DNA from: an uncultured delta proteobacterium
GTDB taxonomy: Bacteria; Myxococcota; Myxococcia; SLRQ01
Assembly: GCA_963727485.1 (NCBI GenBank)
Contig: CAVSGM010000002.1
Location: 672,001 to 736,000 of the forward strand
DNA length: 64,000 nucleotides
Direction: 5' to 3'
The translations under genes were made by a program, and so were the position numbers. This document shows, one piece after another, positions 24,391 through 34,180 of this stretch (its first letter is position 1; the number at the start of each line of letters is the position of its first letter). The notes under the pieces are model-generated. The model was not told the origin of the DNA. It did no database searches and was given only the letters and a program-made list of their open reading frames with translations.

Positions 24391-24984
24391 TCACTTCACC
24401 TGGATGGTGAACTCCTTGGAGACGTCCTGGACCTCGTCGGCGGTCACCTTGAAGTCGATGAGGGGGTCGTCGATCATCACGTTGTTCCCGCCCTCGTTGC
24501 CGGCGCCGAGGATCACCCGGAAGAACATCGACGGCGAGTGGCTCTTGCGCTCCCCCTCGATGTGCTTGGACGCGACCAGGAGCACCTTGTTGCTCCCGGA
24601 GTGGAGGTAGCGGGTGATGTCGGTGACAATCTGGTCCTCGTCGCTCCGGAGCTTCCGGATCCACTTGGCGTTCACGTAGACGTCGATGTCGTACTGGGTG
24701 GCGCCGGGGCTGGCGTGGCTGGTGACCAGGTAGTAGTGGCTCGCCGGGGCGGCGCTCTGGCTCGAGGCCGCGTGGTCGCCGCCGGTGCTGGCCCCCGAGA
24801 CCGCGTAGCCCGCCGCCTTGATGTGGACGTTGCCCTGGGCGTCGATGTGGACGGTGGCCTTCTCGAAGGTCTGGTTGGTCACGCCGGTGATGTTCACCCC
24901 GTTGAGGTAGACGTCGGCGAACGCCGTGGCCGGGAGGGCGACGGCGGCGACGAGGGCGAGAAGACCGGTGGTGCGCAGGGTCAT
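24391..24984 (-). CDS. Hypothetical secreted protein
   Basis: Signal peptide ...ATAFA-DVYLNGV; high-GC3 codon usage. Confidence 0.7.
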   Translation of the reverse strand: MTLRTTGLLALVAAVALPATAFADVYLNGVNITGVTNQTFEKATVHIDAQGNVHIKAAGYAVSGASTGGDHAASSQSAAPASHYYLVTSHASPGATQYDIDVYVNAKWIRKLRSDEDQIVTDITRYLHSGSNKVLLVASKHIEGERKSHSPSMFFRVILGAGNEGGNNVMIDDPLIDFKVTADEVQDVSKEFTIQVK

Positions 24985-25162
24985 GGGCGTTCCCCTTGGG
25001 GTGAGCACGGTGGGACGGGCAGCGTGCCCGACCTGGGATGGAACGCTCCCCCCGGCCATCCATTCACGCCCGCGCCGCCGAGGGGATCGGCGTGGCGGAT
25101 TTTCGTTGTAACCCTGGGGACTTGTCAACATTCCGGGCCGAGGGGGCCCGGGCCGCCGACGG

Positions 25163-25198
25163 AAGAAAACGGGCCACCCCGGGGGGCGGGGTGGCCCG
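25163..25198 (-). terminator. Intrinsic terminator after the phasin-like gene
   Basis: Minus strand CGGGCCACCCC...GGGGTGGCCCG-TTTTCTT. Confidence 0.75.
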
Positions 25199-25242
25199 GA
25201 CGGCGCTGCGGAGGCGCCGGTCATGCAGCCTGGAGGTGGGCG

Positions 25243-25845
25243 CTAGCGGCGGGTGGCCGACCTCTTGGCCGGGGCCTTCTTGGCGGGCGCCTTGGGGGCC
25301 TTGGTCTTGGTGGCCTTGGTCTTGGGGGCCTTGGTCTTGGTGGCCTTCGCCTTGGGGGCCTTGGTGGCCTTGGCCTTGGGAGCCTTGGTGGCCTTCGCCT
25401 TGGTGGCCCGGGTCAGGGAGTCGACGCGCCGGGCGAGGCGGTCGATGTCCGCGGCCAGGGACTGGACCTGGTCCCGGCTCGCCACGCCGATGAGGCCCAG
25501 GGTCTTGTCCTGGATGTCCTGGAGCCGGCGCTCGAGGTCGGCGGCGACCTCGACGGCGCGGGTGCGGGTCTGGGTCTCGAGGCCCTTGGCCCGGTCGGCC
25601 AGGTCGTCGATGGGCAGGCGATCGAGGGGCAGCCGGTCGCGGAAGGTGTCGAGGGGGAGCCGGCCCTTGAGGTCGTCGAACTCCTTGTTGCCGCGGGCGT
25701 AGAGGTCGCGGATGAGCTCCTGGGCCTGGGTCTCGAGGTCCTTGAGCCGGGCGCGGCCGGTCTCGATGCCCTCGGTGACGAAGGTGGGCACGGGGATCTC
25801 GAAGCTGACGTGTCCGTCGGTCTGGGAACGGGTCTGGGTCGCCAT
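25243..25845 (-). CDS. Phasin-like (PhaF/PhaI-type) protein with histone-like KAPKAKAT tail
   Basis: Helical N-half, LIGVASRDQVQSLAADIDRLARRVD, C-terminal Lys/Ala/Thr/Pro repeats. Confidence 0.65.
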   Translation of the reverse strand: MATQTRSQTDGHVSFEIPVPTFVTEGIETGRARLKDLETQAQELIRDLYARGNKEFDDLKGRLPLDTFRDRLPLDRLPIDDLADRAKGLETQTRTRAVEVAADLERRLQDIQDKTLGLIGVASRDQVQSLAADIDRLARRVDSLTRATKAKATKAPKAKATKAPKAKATKTKAPKTKATKTKAPKAPAKKAPAKRSATRR

Positions 25846-25886
25846 GATGGCCTCCTGTTTCGGCGTGAATCTGGGGGGTTTCCCCG

Positions 25887-25961
25887 TGACGCAGTGCGTA
25901 AGCTAACGCACCGTGTCATGGTGTCAACCCGCCGGCCGCAGAAAAACGACACGGCGCGTCA
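25887..25961. promoter_or_regulatory. Sigma70 promoter of the phasin gene overlapped by three palindromic TGACRC-N3-GYGTCA boxes
   Basis: Minus strand TTGACA-16 nt-TAGCTT; boxes at 25887-25901, 25904-25918 and 25947-25961. Confidence 0.65.
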
Positions 25962-25979
25962 TCGGAGACTGAGTGGGGC

Positions 25980-26903
25980 TCAGCCCTCGAGGGCGCCCAC
26001 CAGGTCGGCGACCCGCCCCACCCCGGTCTCGGCGCAGTACCGGGCGATCCCCTCGGCGATGGTCACCGGCGCCCCGGGGTCCGAGAAGCACACCGTCCCC
26101 ACCTGCACCGCCACCGCCCCGGCGAGGAGGAACTGGACCGCGTCGGTCCAGGTGGCGATCCCGCCGATGCCCACCACCGGCACCGCCACCGCCCGGCTCA
26201 CCAGGTTCACCATCCGCAGGGCCAGGGGCTTGATCGCCGGCCCCGAGAGGCCGCCGGTGCGGTTGGCGAGGACCGGCCGCCGGGTGGCCACGTCGATGTC
26301 CATGCCGCTGATGGTGTTGATCAGGGTCAGCCCGTCGGCCCCGGCGTCCTGCACCGCCTTGGCCACCTCGACGATGCGATCCCCGGCGTTGGGGGAGAGC
26401 TTGACCAGGAGGGGCTTGCGCGTGGCGGCCCGGGCGGCGGCGGTGACCTTGGCGGCCATCGCCGGATCGGTGCCGAACTCCACGCCCCCGGCCTTCACGT
26501 TGGGGCAGGAGATGTTCAGCTCCACCGCGTCGATGCGCCCGCAGGCCTCGCTGCGCCGGCACAGCTCCGCGTACTCGTCGATCTTCACCCCGAAGAGGTT
26601 GGCGACGACCGCGGTGTCCACACCCTCGAGCAGCGGCGCCTTCTCGGCGACGAAGGCGTCGATGCCCACGTTCTCCAGGCCGATGGCGTTGAGCATCCCC
26701 GCCGCGGTCTCCCGGATCCGCGGGGGCGCGTTGCCGGGCCGGGGCTTGAGCGAGAGGCCCTTGGTGCACAGGCCGCCGAGGGCGGTGACGTCGCAGAGCC
26801 CCGCGTACTCGGTCCCGTAGCCGAAGCAGCCGCTGGCGGTGAGCACCGGGTTCTTCAGTCGCAGCCCGGCGAGGGTCACGGAGGTGTCGACCGGGGCGCT
26901 CAT
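25980..26903 (-). CDS. pyrD: Dihydroorotate dehydrogenase B catalytic subunit (family 1B)
   Basis: LKNPVLTASGCFGYG, GNAPPRI.ET..GMLNAIGL, ELNISCPNV, GGLSGPAIKP. Confidence 0.95.
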   Translation of the reverse strand: MSAPVDTSVTLAGLRLKNPVLTASGCFGYGTEYAGLCDVTALGGLCTKGLSLKPRPGNAPPRIRETAAGMLNAIGLENVGIDAFVAEKAPLLEGVDTAVVANLFGVKIDEYAELCRRSEACGRIDAVELNISCPNVKAGGVEFGTDPAMAAKVTAAARAATRKPLLVKLSPNAGDRIVEVAKAVQDAGADGLTLINTISGMDIDVATRRPVLANRTGGLSGPAIKPLALRMVNLVSRAVAVPVVGIGGIATWTDAVQFLLAGAVAVQVGTVCFSDPGAPVTIAEGIARYCAETGVGRVADLVGALEG

Positions 26904-27709
26904 CCGTAGATCTCCTCGGCGGGGAACACGGGCCCGTCGGTGCACACCATCTTGTAGCCCCCGGCGGCGACCGGCACCGCGCACCCCCGGCACACCCCGA
27001 TGCCGCAGGCCATGGGCGCCTCCACCGAGACCAGGCACCGGACCGCGTGGGCCCGGGCGACTCCGGCGGCGGCGGCGAGCATCCCCTCGGGGCCGCAGGC
27101 GTAGACCGTGGCTCCGGCCACCGTGTGCCCGGCGAGCCACCGGTCGAGGGCGGCGACGTTGGTCCCCCGCTCGCCCACCGAGCCGTCGTCGGTGGCCAGG
27201 TGGACCTCGGAGCCCGCGGCCTCGAAGCGGTCGACCAGGTGGAGGTGCGCCCCGGATCGCCCACCGTAGAAGGCGTGGACCTCTCGGCCGGTGCCGGCGA
27301 GGGCCTCGGCGAGGTCGAGGAGCGGCGGCATCCCCACCCCCCCGGCGACCAGGAGCACCGCGCCGGACCCGGGGGCCGGCCAGGGACGGCCCAGCGGCGC
27401 CACCAGGGTCAGGCGGTCGCCCGGGCGCCCGGCCGCGAGGAGCGCCGTCCCCCGCCCCACCACCCGGTAGAAGACCTCGACGGTGCCCGCCACCGCGTCG
27501 CGCCGGAGGAACGAGAAGGGCCGGAGGAGGAGCGGGTCGACCAGCGGCTCCCGGCGGGGGCGCACGCCCAGGAGGCCGAACTGCCCGGCCTCGGCGTCCC
27601 GGGCGACCTCGGGGGCCTCGAGGACCAGGCGGTGGTAGTCGCCGCCGAGGGCCACCTGCTCGAGGATCGGGGCGTCCACCTGGTGGCGTGGGGCGGCCAG
27701 GGCGGTCAC
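26900..27709 (-). CDS. pyrK: Dihydroorotate dehydrogenase electron transfer subunit
   Basis: LLLRPFS, VAGGVGMPP, ATDDGS, YACGPEGM, MACGIGVCRGC, VCTDGPVF. Confidence 0.92.
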   Translation of the reverse strand: MTALAAPRHQVDAPILEQVALGGDYHRLVLEAPEVARDAEAGQFGLLGVRPRREPLVDPLLLRPFSFLRRDAVAGTVEVFYRVVGRGTALLAAGRPGDRLTLVAPLGRPWPAPGSGAVLLVAGGVGMPPLLDLAEALAGTGREVHAFYGGRSGAHLHLVDRFEAAGSEVHLATDDGSVGERGTNVAALDRWLAGHTVAGATVYACGPEGMLAAAAGVARAHAVRCLVSVEAPMACGIGVCRGCAVPVAAGGYKMVCTDGPVFPAEEIYG

Positions 27710-28167
27710 AGGGCGAGCTCCATGAGGACGGCGTCCTCGCGATCGGGGACGTAGTACCGGGGGCGGATGCCGGTGGCGGCGAAGCCGTGGGCCCGGTAGA
27801 GGGCCTGGGCCCCGGCGTTGGACCGGCGCACCTCGAGGAGCACCCGCACCGCCTGGTGACGCCGGGCGCCGTCGAGGAGGCCCGCGAGGAGCGCGGTGGC
27901 CACCCCCTGGCGCTGGTGGTCGGGGTCCACGGCGACGTCGAGGAGGTGGACCTCGTCCTGGATGGTCCAGAACACCGCGAAGCCCACAGGCGCCCCACCC
28001 CGGCCCTCGGCGACCAGGAGGGTGGACCAGTCGTGGTCGAGCTCCCGGGCGAGGAGGTCCTTCGACCAGGGGTGCTCGAAGGCCCGGGTCTCGATGGCCA
28101 TCAGCGCCGGGAGATCGCCCGGACGCGCCGGGCGGATCGTGAAGCGCTGGCGCACCGGAGGACTCAT
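27706..28167 (-). CDS. rimI: Ribosomal-protein-alanine N-acetyltransferase
   Basis: IETRAFEHPWS, QRQGVA, LEVRRSN, RPRYY...EDAVLM. Confidence 0.9.
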   Translation of the reverse strand: MSPPVRQRFTIRPARPGDLPALMAIETRAFEHPWSKDLLARELDHDWSTLLVAEGRGGAPVGFAVFWTIQDEVHLLDVAVDPDHQRQGVATALLAGLLDGARRHQAVRVLLEVRRSNAGAQALYRAHGFAATGIRPRYYVPDREDAVLMELAL

Positions 28168-28913
28168 GGCGGGGCGTTCGATAGCACCCCGGCGGCGCTC
28201 TTCGCAATCGGGGGAGGTGCCACCGCCGGGAACGCCGCCGGGGTGGAGAGCACCCGGACCCGGGCCCGATCCCGGAGCTCCTTGACCATCCGCCGCACCG
28301 CCGCCTCGTAGTGCTGCTTGAACAGGTAGCTGCGGACCACGTCCCGGACCTTCGCCAGGGGACGGCCTTCGAAGTCGGCGCGGTGGGCCTGGTAGTAGGC
28401 GGCGACCTCCGCGTCGGTGACGTGGACGGTGAGCTTCACCCGGCTGTCGACGTAGCGCTTGACCCGGAGGTTGCGCCGGAACACGGCGGCGATGCGCTCG
28501 GGGGTGACGTCCTGGGACGCGAGCCAGGCCTCCCAGGTGGCCCGGTCGGGGAAGCGGTGCTCGAAGCGGTCGACGGCCCGGCTCACGTCGTCGGAGGGCA
28601 CCTGGAAGACCTGGAGCCGCTCGGCCTCGGCCACGATGAGCATCTGGTTGATGACGTAGTCGAGGACCGAGGCCACGGTGTCGGCGTCGATGCGCCCGAA
28701 GGCGGCCTTCATGCCCCCGCCGGAGACCAGCGCCACCCGGGCCTCGAGCTCGAGGTCCGAGCGGGTGACGGTCTTGTCGCCGACCACCAGGACCACGTCG
28801 TCCACCAGCCGGCCGAGGGGATCGGTGGCGACGCCTCCGTCGGCCTCGGCCCGCACCCCGGCCGCCGGGGCGATCCCGAGCACCAGGGTGAGGACGCAGG
28901 CGACACGGCGCAT
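28164..28913 (-). CDS. SurA N-terminal-domain periplasmic chaperone-like protein
   Basis: Signal peptide; VDDVVLVVGDKTVTRSDL, VTDAEVAAYY, ELRDRARVRV; no parvulin domain evident. Confidence 0.65.
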   Translation of the reverse strand: MRRVACVLTLVLGIAPAAGVRAEADGGVATDPLGRLVDDVVLVVGDKTVTRSDLELEARVALVSGGGMKAAFGRIDADTVASVLDYVINQMLIVAEAERLQVFQVPSDDVSRAVDRFEHRFPDRATWEAWLASQDVTPERIAAVFRRNLRVKRYVDSRVKLTVHVTDAEVAAYYQAHRADFEGRPLAKVRDVVRSYLFKQHYEAAVRRMVKELRDRARVRVLSTPAAFPAVAPPPIAKSAAGVLSNAPP

Positions 28914-28923
28914 CGCCGGGATG

Positions 28924-31248
28924 CTACCCCGGATCGCCCGGCTTCTCACCCGTGCCCTTGTCGGCCGCCGCCAGCAGGGCCTCGAGGCGCTGCTCCACCT
29001 GGGGATCGAGGGACTTGAGGTGCACGTCCAGCTGGGGGAAGGCGATCTCGATGCCCAGCCGGCGGAAGGCGGCGTCGATGGCGAAGTGGAGGTCGCTGGC
29101 GATGCGGAACCGGTCCTGCTGGTCGTCGATCCAGACCAGGAGCTCGAAGTCGAGGCTGGAGTCGCCGAAGTTCTTGAACTGCACCTCCGGCGCCGGCTTC
29201 TTGAGGACCTTGCCGTGGCGGTCGGCGACCTGGAGGAGCGCCTTGCGCACCAGGTCCGTGTCCGACCCGTAGGCGACGCCCACCACCGTCCGCAGGCGCA
29301 CCCGGGGGTCGCCGTGGGACCAGTTGGTCACCCGACCGCCGACGAAGGCGCTGTTGGGGATGATGACCGAGATGTTGTCCCGGGTGACCACGGTGGTGGA
29401 CCGGGCGCGGATCTGGCGCACCTGCCCCTCGAGGGTGCCGTCGATGTCGATGTAGTCGCCGATCTTGATGGGCCGCTCGGCGAGGATGATGAGGCCGCTG
29501 ATGAAGTTCTCGGCGATGTTGCGCAGGCCGAAGCCGATGCCGATGCCGAGGACCGAGGCGAAGAGGGCGAGCGACGAGAGGCCGATGCCCACGAAGCGCA
29601 GGCCGAGGAAGAAGCCCACCGCCAGGATGAGGTAGTGGGTGACGGTGTTCAGGGCGTTGGTGAGCCCCGAGTCCCAGTCGAAGGCCGGCCAGAGGCGCGT
29701 GGAGAGAAAGCGCCGCAGGGCCCGGGAGACCACGATGGCGAGGATGAGCGCCGCCACCAGCTTGGCGATCGACACCAGGCTCACCGGCTGGTCGTCGACC
29801 AGGAAGAGCGGCGAGGCCAGCTGCTCCAGGGCCTGCTTCACCGTGACGTCGAGGCCGAACGCCCACCAGACGATGACCGCGGCGGCGCCCACCACCACCA
29901 CCAGGGCCCAGGACAGGGTCACGGCGATGTCGAGCTTCGCGGCGGAGCGGCTGGTGAGCTTCAGGCGCTTGCCCAGGGCCCCCTCGCTCACGGCGAGCAG
30001 GTGGATGAACCGCTGGCCATAGTAGATGAGCAGGAGGCCGAGGATGGCGACCAGCACCGCCCGGAACCAGGCGAGCCAGCGGGGCACGGGCTTGGGGGCG
30101 CCGAGGCGCTCGGTGACGGTCTCGGCGAGGATCCGGGCGTCTCCGAGGCTGCGCTCGGCCTGCTTCAGGGCGTCATCGGCCTCCCGGAGGCGCCGCTGGG
30201 CGGTGCTGGCGCGGCCGCCGGCGGCCCGGAGGGTGGCGAGGTCGCCCTCGAGGTCGGCGCGCTTCTGGGCCAGGGCGGCGAGGCGGGCGGCGAGCGGGGT
30301 GACCTGGAGCTCGCCGGCCGCCGGGGTGCGGTGGGTGGCCAGGGCCCGGGCGGCGGCGAGGTGGACCCGGGCGGCGGTGACCTCGGCCTTCGCGGCGTCG
30401 ATACGGGCGTCGCCGAGGCGGTCGGCGGCGGTGCCCTCGGTGCCCCCGTCGCCCTCGCCCCGGGACGGGAGGCGGGCGAGGCGGCGCTCGGCGGCGCGCA
30501 CGGCCTCCTCGGCGTCCTTGAGGGCCTGGGGGGTGACGCGCAGGGCCGCCCACCAGGCGTCGGCGCGGATGCGGAGGCGGCGGGCCTGGGCCTGGGCCTC
30601 GAGGGCGTGGGCCCGGGCGAGGGCGGCGCGGGCGACCTGGAGACGGGCGCTCTCGGCGGTGAGATGGGCCTTCGGCGAGGCGTCGGCGCCGGCGCCGGCG
30701 ACCTCCAGGTCGAGCTGCCCGGTGCCCGCGGCCTCGGCGGCGGTCCCGGCCTCGCGCTCGGCGGCCCGGGCCGAGCGCTCCAGGGCCACCACCGCGTCGA
30801 GGTCCTGGACCGACGCCGGCGCCTGGGGGCGGGCCTCGGCGATGGCCTCGGCCTTCCGGGCGGCGGCCGCGCCCTGCTGGAGGAGGTCCTGCTCCTCCTT
30901 GAGGGCCGCCTGGAGCTGCGCCAGGGCGGGGTCGGTGCCCCGCGCCGGGGCGGCCACGCCCCCGTCGGTCGCCAGCGCCGGGGCGCCGGCCCGGAGGGTG
31001 GCGTGGAGCGCGGCGAGGGCGCCCTGGATCTGGGGCCGGCGCTTCTCCAGGTGGGCCTCGAGCTGACGGGCCAGGGCCCGGGCCGAGTCGGCGATCCCGT
31101 TGCTCCCGGCGAGGCGCAGGTGGGGCGCCCCGCCGTCGCCGCCGAGGGCGGGCAGCCCGGGCACCTGGGCCCGGGCGCGCCCGGCGACGAGGGCCGCGAG
31201 GCAGAGAAGGAGCGCCCAGGTGGCGCGACGGTGTCCCCGGCCCTGCAC
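28924..31248 (-). CDS. MscS/MscK-family mechanosensitive channel with periplasmic coiled-coil
   Basis: GIGFGLRNIAENFISGLIILAERPIKIGD, IIPNS, VGVAYGSD, IEIAFPQLD. Confidence 0.9.
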   Translation of the reverse strand: MQGRGHRRATWALLLCLAALVAGRARAQVPGLPALGGDGGAPHLRLAGSNGIADSARALARQLEAHLEKRRPQIQGALAALHATLRAGAPALATDGGVAAPARGTDPALAQLQAALKEEQDLLQQGAAAARKAEAIAEARPQAPASVQDLDAVVALERSARAAEREAGTAAEAAGTGQLDLEVAGAGADASPKAHLTAESARLQVARAALARAHALEAQAQARRLRIRADAWWAALRVTPQALKDAEEAVRAAERRLARLPSRGEGDGGTEGTAADRLGDARIDAAKAEVTAARVHLAAARALATHRTPAAGELQVTPLAARLAALAQKRADLEGDLATLRAAGGRASTAQRRLREADDALKQAERSLGDARILAETVTERLGAPKPVPRWLAWFRAVLVAILGLLLIYYGQRFIHLLAVSEGALGKRLKLTSRSAAKLDIAVTLSWALVVVVGAAAVIVWWAFGLDVTVKQALEQLASPLFLVDDQPVSLVSIAKLVAALILAIVVSRALRRFLSTRLWPAFDWDSGLTNALNTVTHYLILAVGFFLGLRFVGIGLSSLALFASVLGIGIGFGLRNIAENFISGLIILAERPIKIGDYIDIDGTLEGQVRQIRARSTTVVTRDNISVIIPNSAFVGGRVTNWSHGDPRVRLRTVVGVAYGSDTDLVRKALLQVADRHGKVLKKPAPEVQFKNFGDSSLDFELLVWIDDQQDRFRIASDLHFAIDAAFRRLGIEIAFPQLDVHLKSLDPQVEQRLEALLAAADKGTGEKPGDPG

Positions 31249-31360
31249 GGCAGAAGCCTAGCCGGAGGCCGCCCTCACCGCCAGAAGCCGGCCCCGGTCC
31301 CCCGCGGGGGTCTGTTGCCACGGCGGGGGGCGTGGTTACCTGGGGAAGGGAGAATCGCAC

Positions 31361-32566
31361 ATGGCGTCCAAGAACCTCTACGCGGTGCTCGGTGTCTCCA
31401 AGGGCGCCTCGGCCGATGAGCTCAAGAAGGCGTACCGGAAGCTCGCCCGGAAGTACCACCCGGACGTGAACCCCGGAGACGCCACCGCCGAGGAGCACTT
31501 CAAGGAGATCAGCGCGGCCTTCGAGGTCCTCTCCAATCCGGAGAAGCGCGCCCTCTACGACGAGCTGGGCGAGGACGCCGCCAAGATCGGCTTCGACCCG
31601 GAGAAGGCCAAGGCCTACCGGCAGTGGAAGGCCCAGGCCCAGGCCGCCGGGGGCCCGGGGGGAGGCGGCTTCGACCTCGGCGACCTCTTCACCGGCGGCG
31701 GCCCCGGTGGGGCGCGGCCCGGCGGCGGCGGGGGGTTCAACTTCGATCTCGGGGACATCTTCGGCGACCTCTTCGGCGGCCGGCGCAAGCGCGGCGGGCC
31801 GGGCCCCACCCCGGCCGCCTCCCGGGGCGCCGACGTGGAGAGCGCGCTCACCATCTCCTTCCGGGAGGCGATCCTCGGAGGCGAGCGGGAGGTGGCCCTC
31901 CAGCGACCGGGCCCCTGCGGCAGCTGCCAGGGCACCGGCCTCCGCGCCGGGGCCCGGCCCCAGCCCTGCGACGCCTGTGGAGGCACCGGCCGCACCCAGG
32001 TCGCCCAGGGGCCGCTGGGGATCCACGCACCCTGCCCCAAGTGCGGGGGCACCGGCCGCCTCGGCGGGCCCCCCTGCCCCACCTGCGGCGGCACCGGCCA
32101 GGTCGCCGACACGGTCCACCTCAAGGTGAAGATCCCCCCGGGGATCTCCGACGGCCAGAAGATCCGCCTCGCCGGTCAGGGCCAGCCCGGGGCCCGCGGC
32201 GCCAAGGCCGGCAACCTCTACCTGGTGATCCACGTGCGGCCCCACCCCCTGCTCCGGCGCGAGGGGAGCGACCTGCACCTCGACGTCCCGGTGACGGTCC
32301 ACGAGGCGATGTTCGGCGCCAAGATCGACGTCCCCACCCTCGAGGGGAGCCTGAAGCTCACCGTCCCCGCGGGCTCCCAGAGCGGGCGCCAGCTGCGCCT
32401 CAAGGGCAAGGGCGCGGCGCCCAAGGGGAAGACCGCCGGAGACCTCTACGTCCACCTGCTGGTGCAGGTCCCGGACCCGCAGGGCGACCGCGAGGCCGCG
32501 GAGAAGGCCGCCACCGAGCTCCAGGAGCTCTACGGCGGCGACGTGCGCAAGGACCTGAAGCTCTAG
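31361..32566 (+). CDS. DnaJ-class chaperone (CbpA-like context, with zinc finger)
   Basis: J domain with HPD; G/F-rich linker; four CxxCxGxG repeats; followed by a cbpM-like ORF. Confidence 0.92.
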   Translation: MASKNLYAVLGVSKGASADELKKAYRKLARKYHPDVNPGDATAEEHFKEISAAFEVLSNPEKRALYDELGEDAAKIGFDPEKAKAYRQWKAQAQAAGGPGGGGFDLGDLFTGGGPGGARPGGGGGFNFDLGDIFGDLFGGRRKRGGPGPTPAASRGADVESALTISFREAILGGEREVALQRPGPCGSCQGTGLRAGARPQPCDACGGTGRTQVAQGPLGIHAPCPKCGGTGRLGGPPCPTCGGTGQVADTVHLKVKIPPGISDGQKIRLAGQGQPGARGAKAGNLYLVIHVRPHPLLRREGSDLHLDVPVTVHEAMFGAKIDVPTLEGSLKLTVPAGSQSGRQLRLKGKGAAPKGKTAGDLYVHLLVQVPDPQGDREAAEKAATELQELYGGDVRKDLKL

Positions 32567-32575
32567 GAGGCCGTC

Positions 32576-34180
32576 ATGGACCGGCGCGAGGTGATCTCCC
32601 TGCTCGAGCTCGACGAGGCGTTCCTCGTGGGCCTGGAGCGCGAGGCCATCGTCCTCCCCGGGCCCGGCGGCTCCTTCGACGCCTCGGCGGTGGAGCGCAT
32701 CCGCCTCTGCGCCACCCTCCAGCGGGAGCTGGGGGTGAACCTCGAGGGCGTGGAGGTGGCACTCCACCTCATGGAGATCATCGCCGACGAGCGCCGGGAG
32801 TTCGCCGAGGTCCTCGCCTGGCTCCGGGAGCGGATGGCCGAGGAGGGCGCAAGGGCCTCCTTTCATGGCACACTGCGCGCGATGCCCCCCGCGCTCGCCG
32901 CCCACCCCGCCCGCCCCGTCCTCGATCAGCTCCTCACCCGGGAGGCGGTCCGCGCCGAGAAGGGCGTGGCGGTGGCGCGCCTGGTGATCTGCGTGCTCGC
33001 CCTCGGGCGCCTGCTCACCTTCGGCTTCCCGGGGCTGGTCGCGGGCAGCCCCAAGGAGCTCCTCGCCCTGGCGCCGATGCTGCTGGGCATCACCTGGTCC
33101 GCGTGGATCCTGGGGTGGCGACGTCCGGCGAGCACCCGCCTCCTGCGCCTGGTGGCCTCGGTCACTGTCGACGCGCTCATCATCTACGCCGCCCTGCTCT
33201 CGGTGGTGCTCTGGCCGACCTCCGGCTACCGGGGCCTGCTCCTGGTCCCCGACGCCGGGGTGCTGCTCCTGGCCACGGTCACCGCGGGCCTGCGCCTCTC
33301 CCGGCGGGTGGCGGTGGTGGGGGTGGCGGAGATGGGCGTGGTCTCGGTGCTGCTCTTCGGCGTCGACCTCGCCCACAACCGGGGGGTGGTCGAGTACCAC
33401 ACCCTCGACCTCGGCATGTGGCTCATCCTCTATGCCGGCGCGGCGATCATCGCCCTGGCGGTCGCCTTGGGGACCCGCCGGCTGGTCTACGAGGGCGCCG
33501 ACGCGGCGTTGAGCGCCGAGCGCGCCCGCCAGCGCCTCGGCGTCTACGTCTCCGAGGAGGTCGCCGCCGAGGCCCTGGCCACCGACGCCCTCGAGGCCGG
33601 GGGCCATCGCCAGCCGGTGGCGGTGCTCTTCAGCGATCTGCGCGGCTTCACCCACTACGCCGAGCACCTCGACCCCGAGCGCCTGGTGACCGAGCTCAAC
33701 GCCTACCTCGACGCCATGGTGCACGTGATCCGCGAGGCCGGGGGCGTGGTCGACAAGTTCATCGGCGACGCCATCATGGCCGTGTTCGGGGTGCCCGCCC
33801 CCGGGGTCGACGACGCCGCCCGGGCCATCGCCGCCGCCCGGGCGATGAACGAGGCCCTGGTCCGCCACAACGCCGAGCGCGAGGCCGCCGGCCGCCCGCC
33901 CCTGCGCCACGGCATCGGCGTCCACTACGGGCCGGTGGTCGCCGGCAACATCGGCAACGCCGAGCGCCTGCAGTACACGGTCGTCGGCGACACGGTGAAC
34001 CTGGCGAGCCGCCTGGAGTCGGCCACCAAGACCCAGGGGGTGCCGGTGCTCATCTCCGGTGAGGCGGTCGCCGCCGCCCAGGCGGCCGGCGCCGACGTGG
34101 CCGCCCTCGAGGCCCTGGGCCCGGTCACGGTCCCGGGGCGCGAGGCGCCGGTGGAGGTCTTCAGCCCCCGGTCTTCTTGA
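32576..34180 (+). CDS. In-frame fusion of a CbpM-like chaperone modulator (about 32576-32845) with a membrane class III adenylate/guanylate cyclase (from ATG 32882)
   Basis: LQRELGVNLEGVEVALHL (CbpM); TM helices; LFSDLRGFT, VDKFIGDAIM, YTVVGDTVNLASRLE. Confidence 0.8.
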   Translation: MDRREVISLLELDEAFLVGLEREAIVLPGPGGSFDASAVERIRLCATLQRELGVNLEGVEVALHLMEIIADERREFAEVLAWLRERMAEEGARASFHGTLRAMPPALAAHPARPVLDQLLTREAVRAEKGVAVARLVICVLALGRLLTFGFPGLVAGSPKELLALAPMLLGITWSAWILGWRRPASTRLLRLVASVTVDALIIYAALLSVVLWPTSGYRGLLLVPDAGVLLLATVTAGLRLSRRVAVVGVAEMGVVSVLLFGVDLAHNRGVVEYHTLDLGMWLILYAGAAIIALAVALGTRRLVYEGADAALSAERARQRLGVYVSEEVAAEALATDALEAGGHRQPVAVLFSDLRGFTHYAEHLDPERLVTELNAYLDAMVHVIREAGGVVDKFIGDAIMAVFGVPAPGVDDAARAIAAARAMNEALVRHNAEREAAGRPPLRHGIGVHYGPVVAGNIGNAERLQYTVVGDTVNLASRLESATKTQGVPVLISGEAVAAAQAAGADVAALEALGPVTVPGREAPVEVFSPRSS

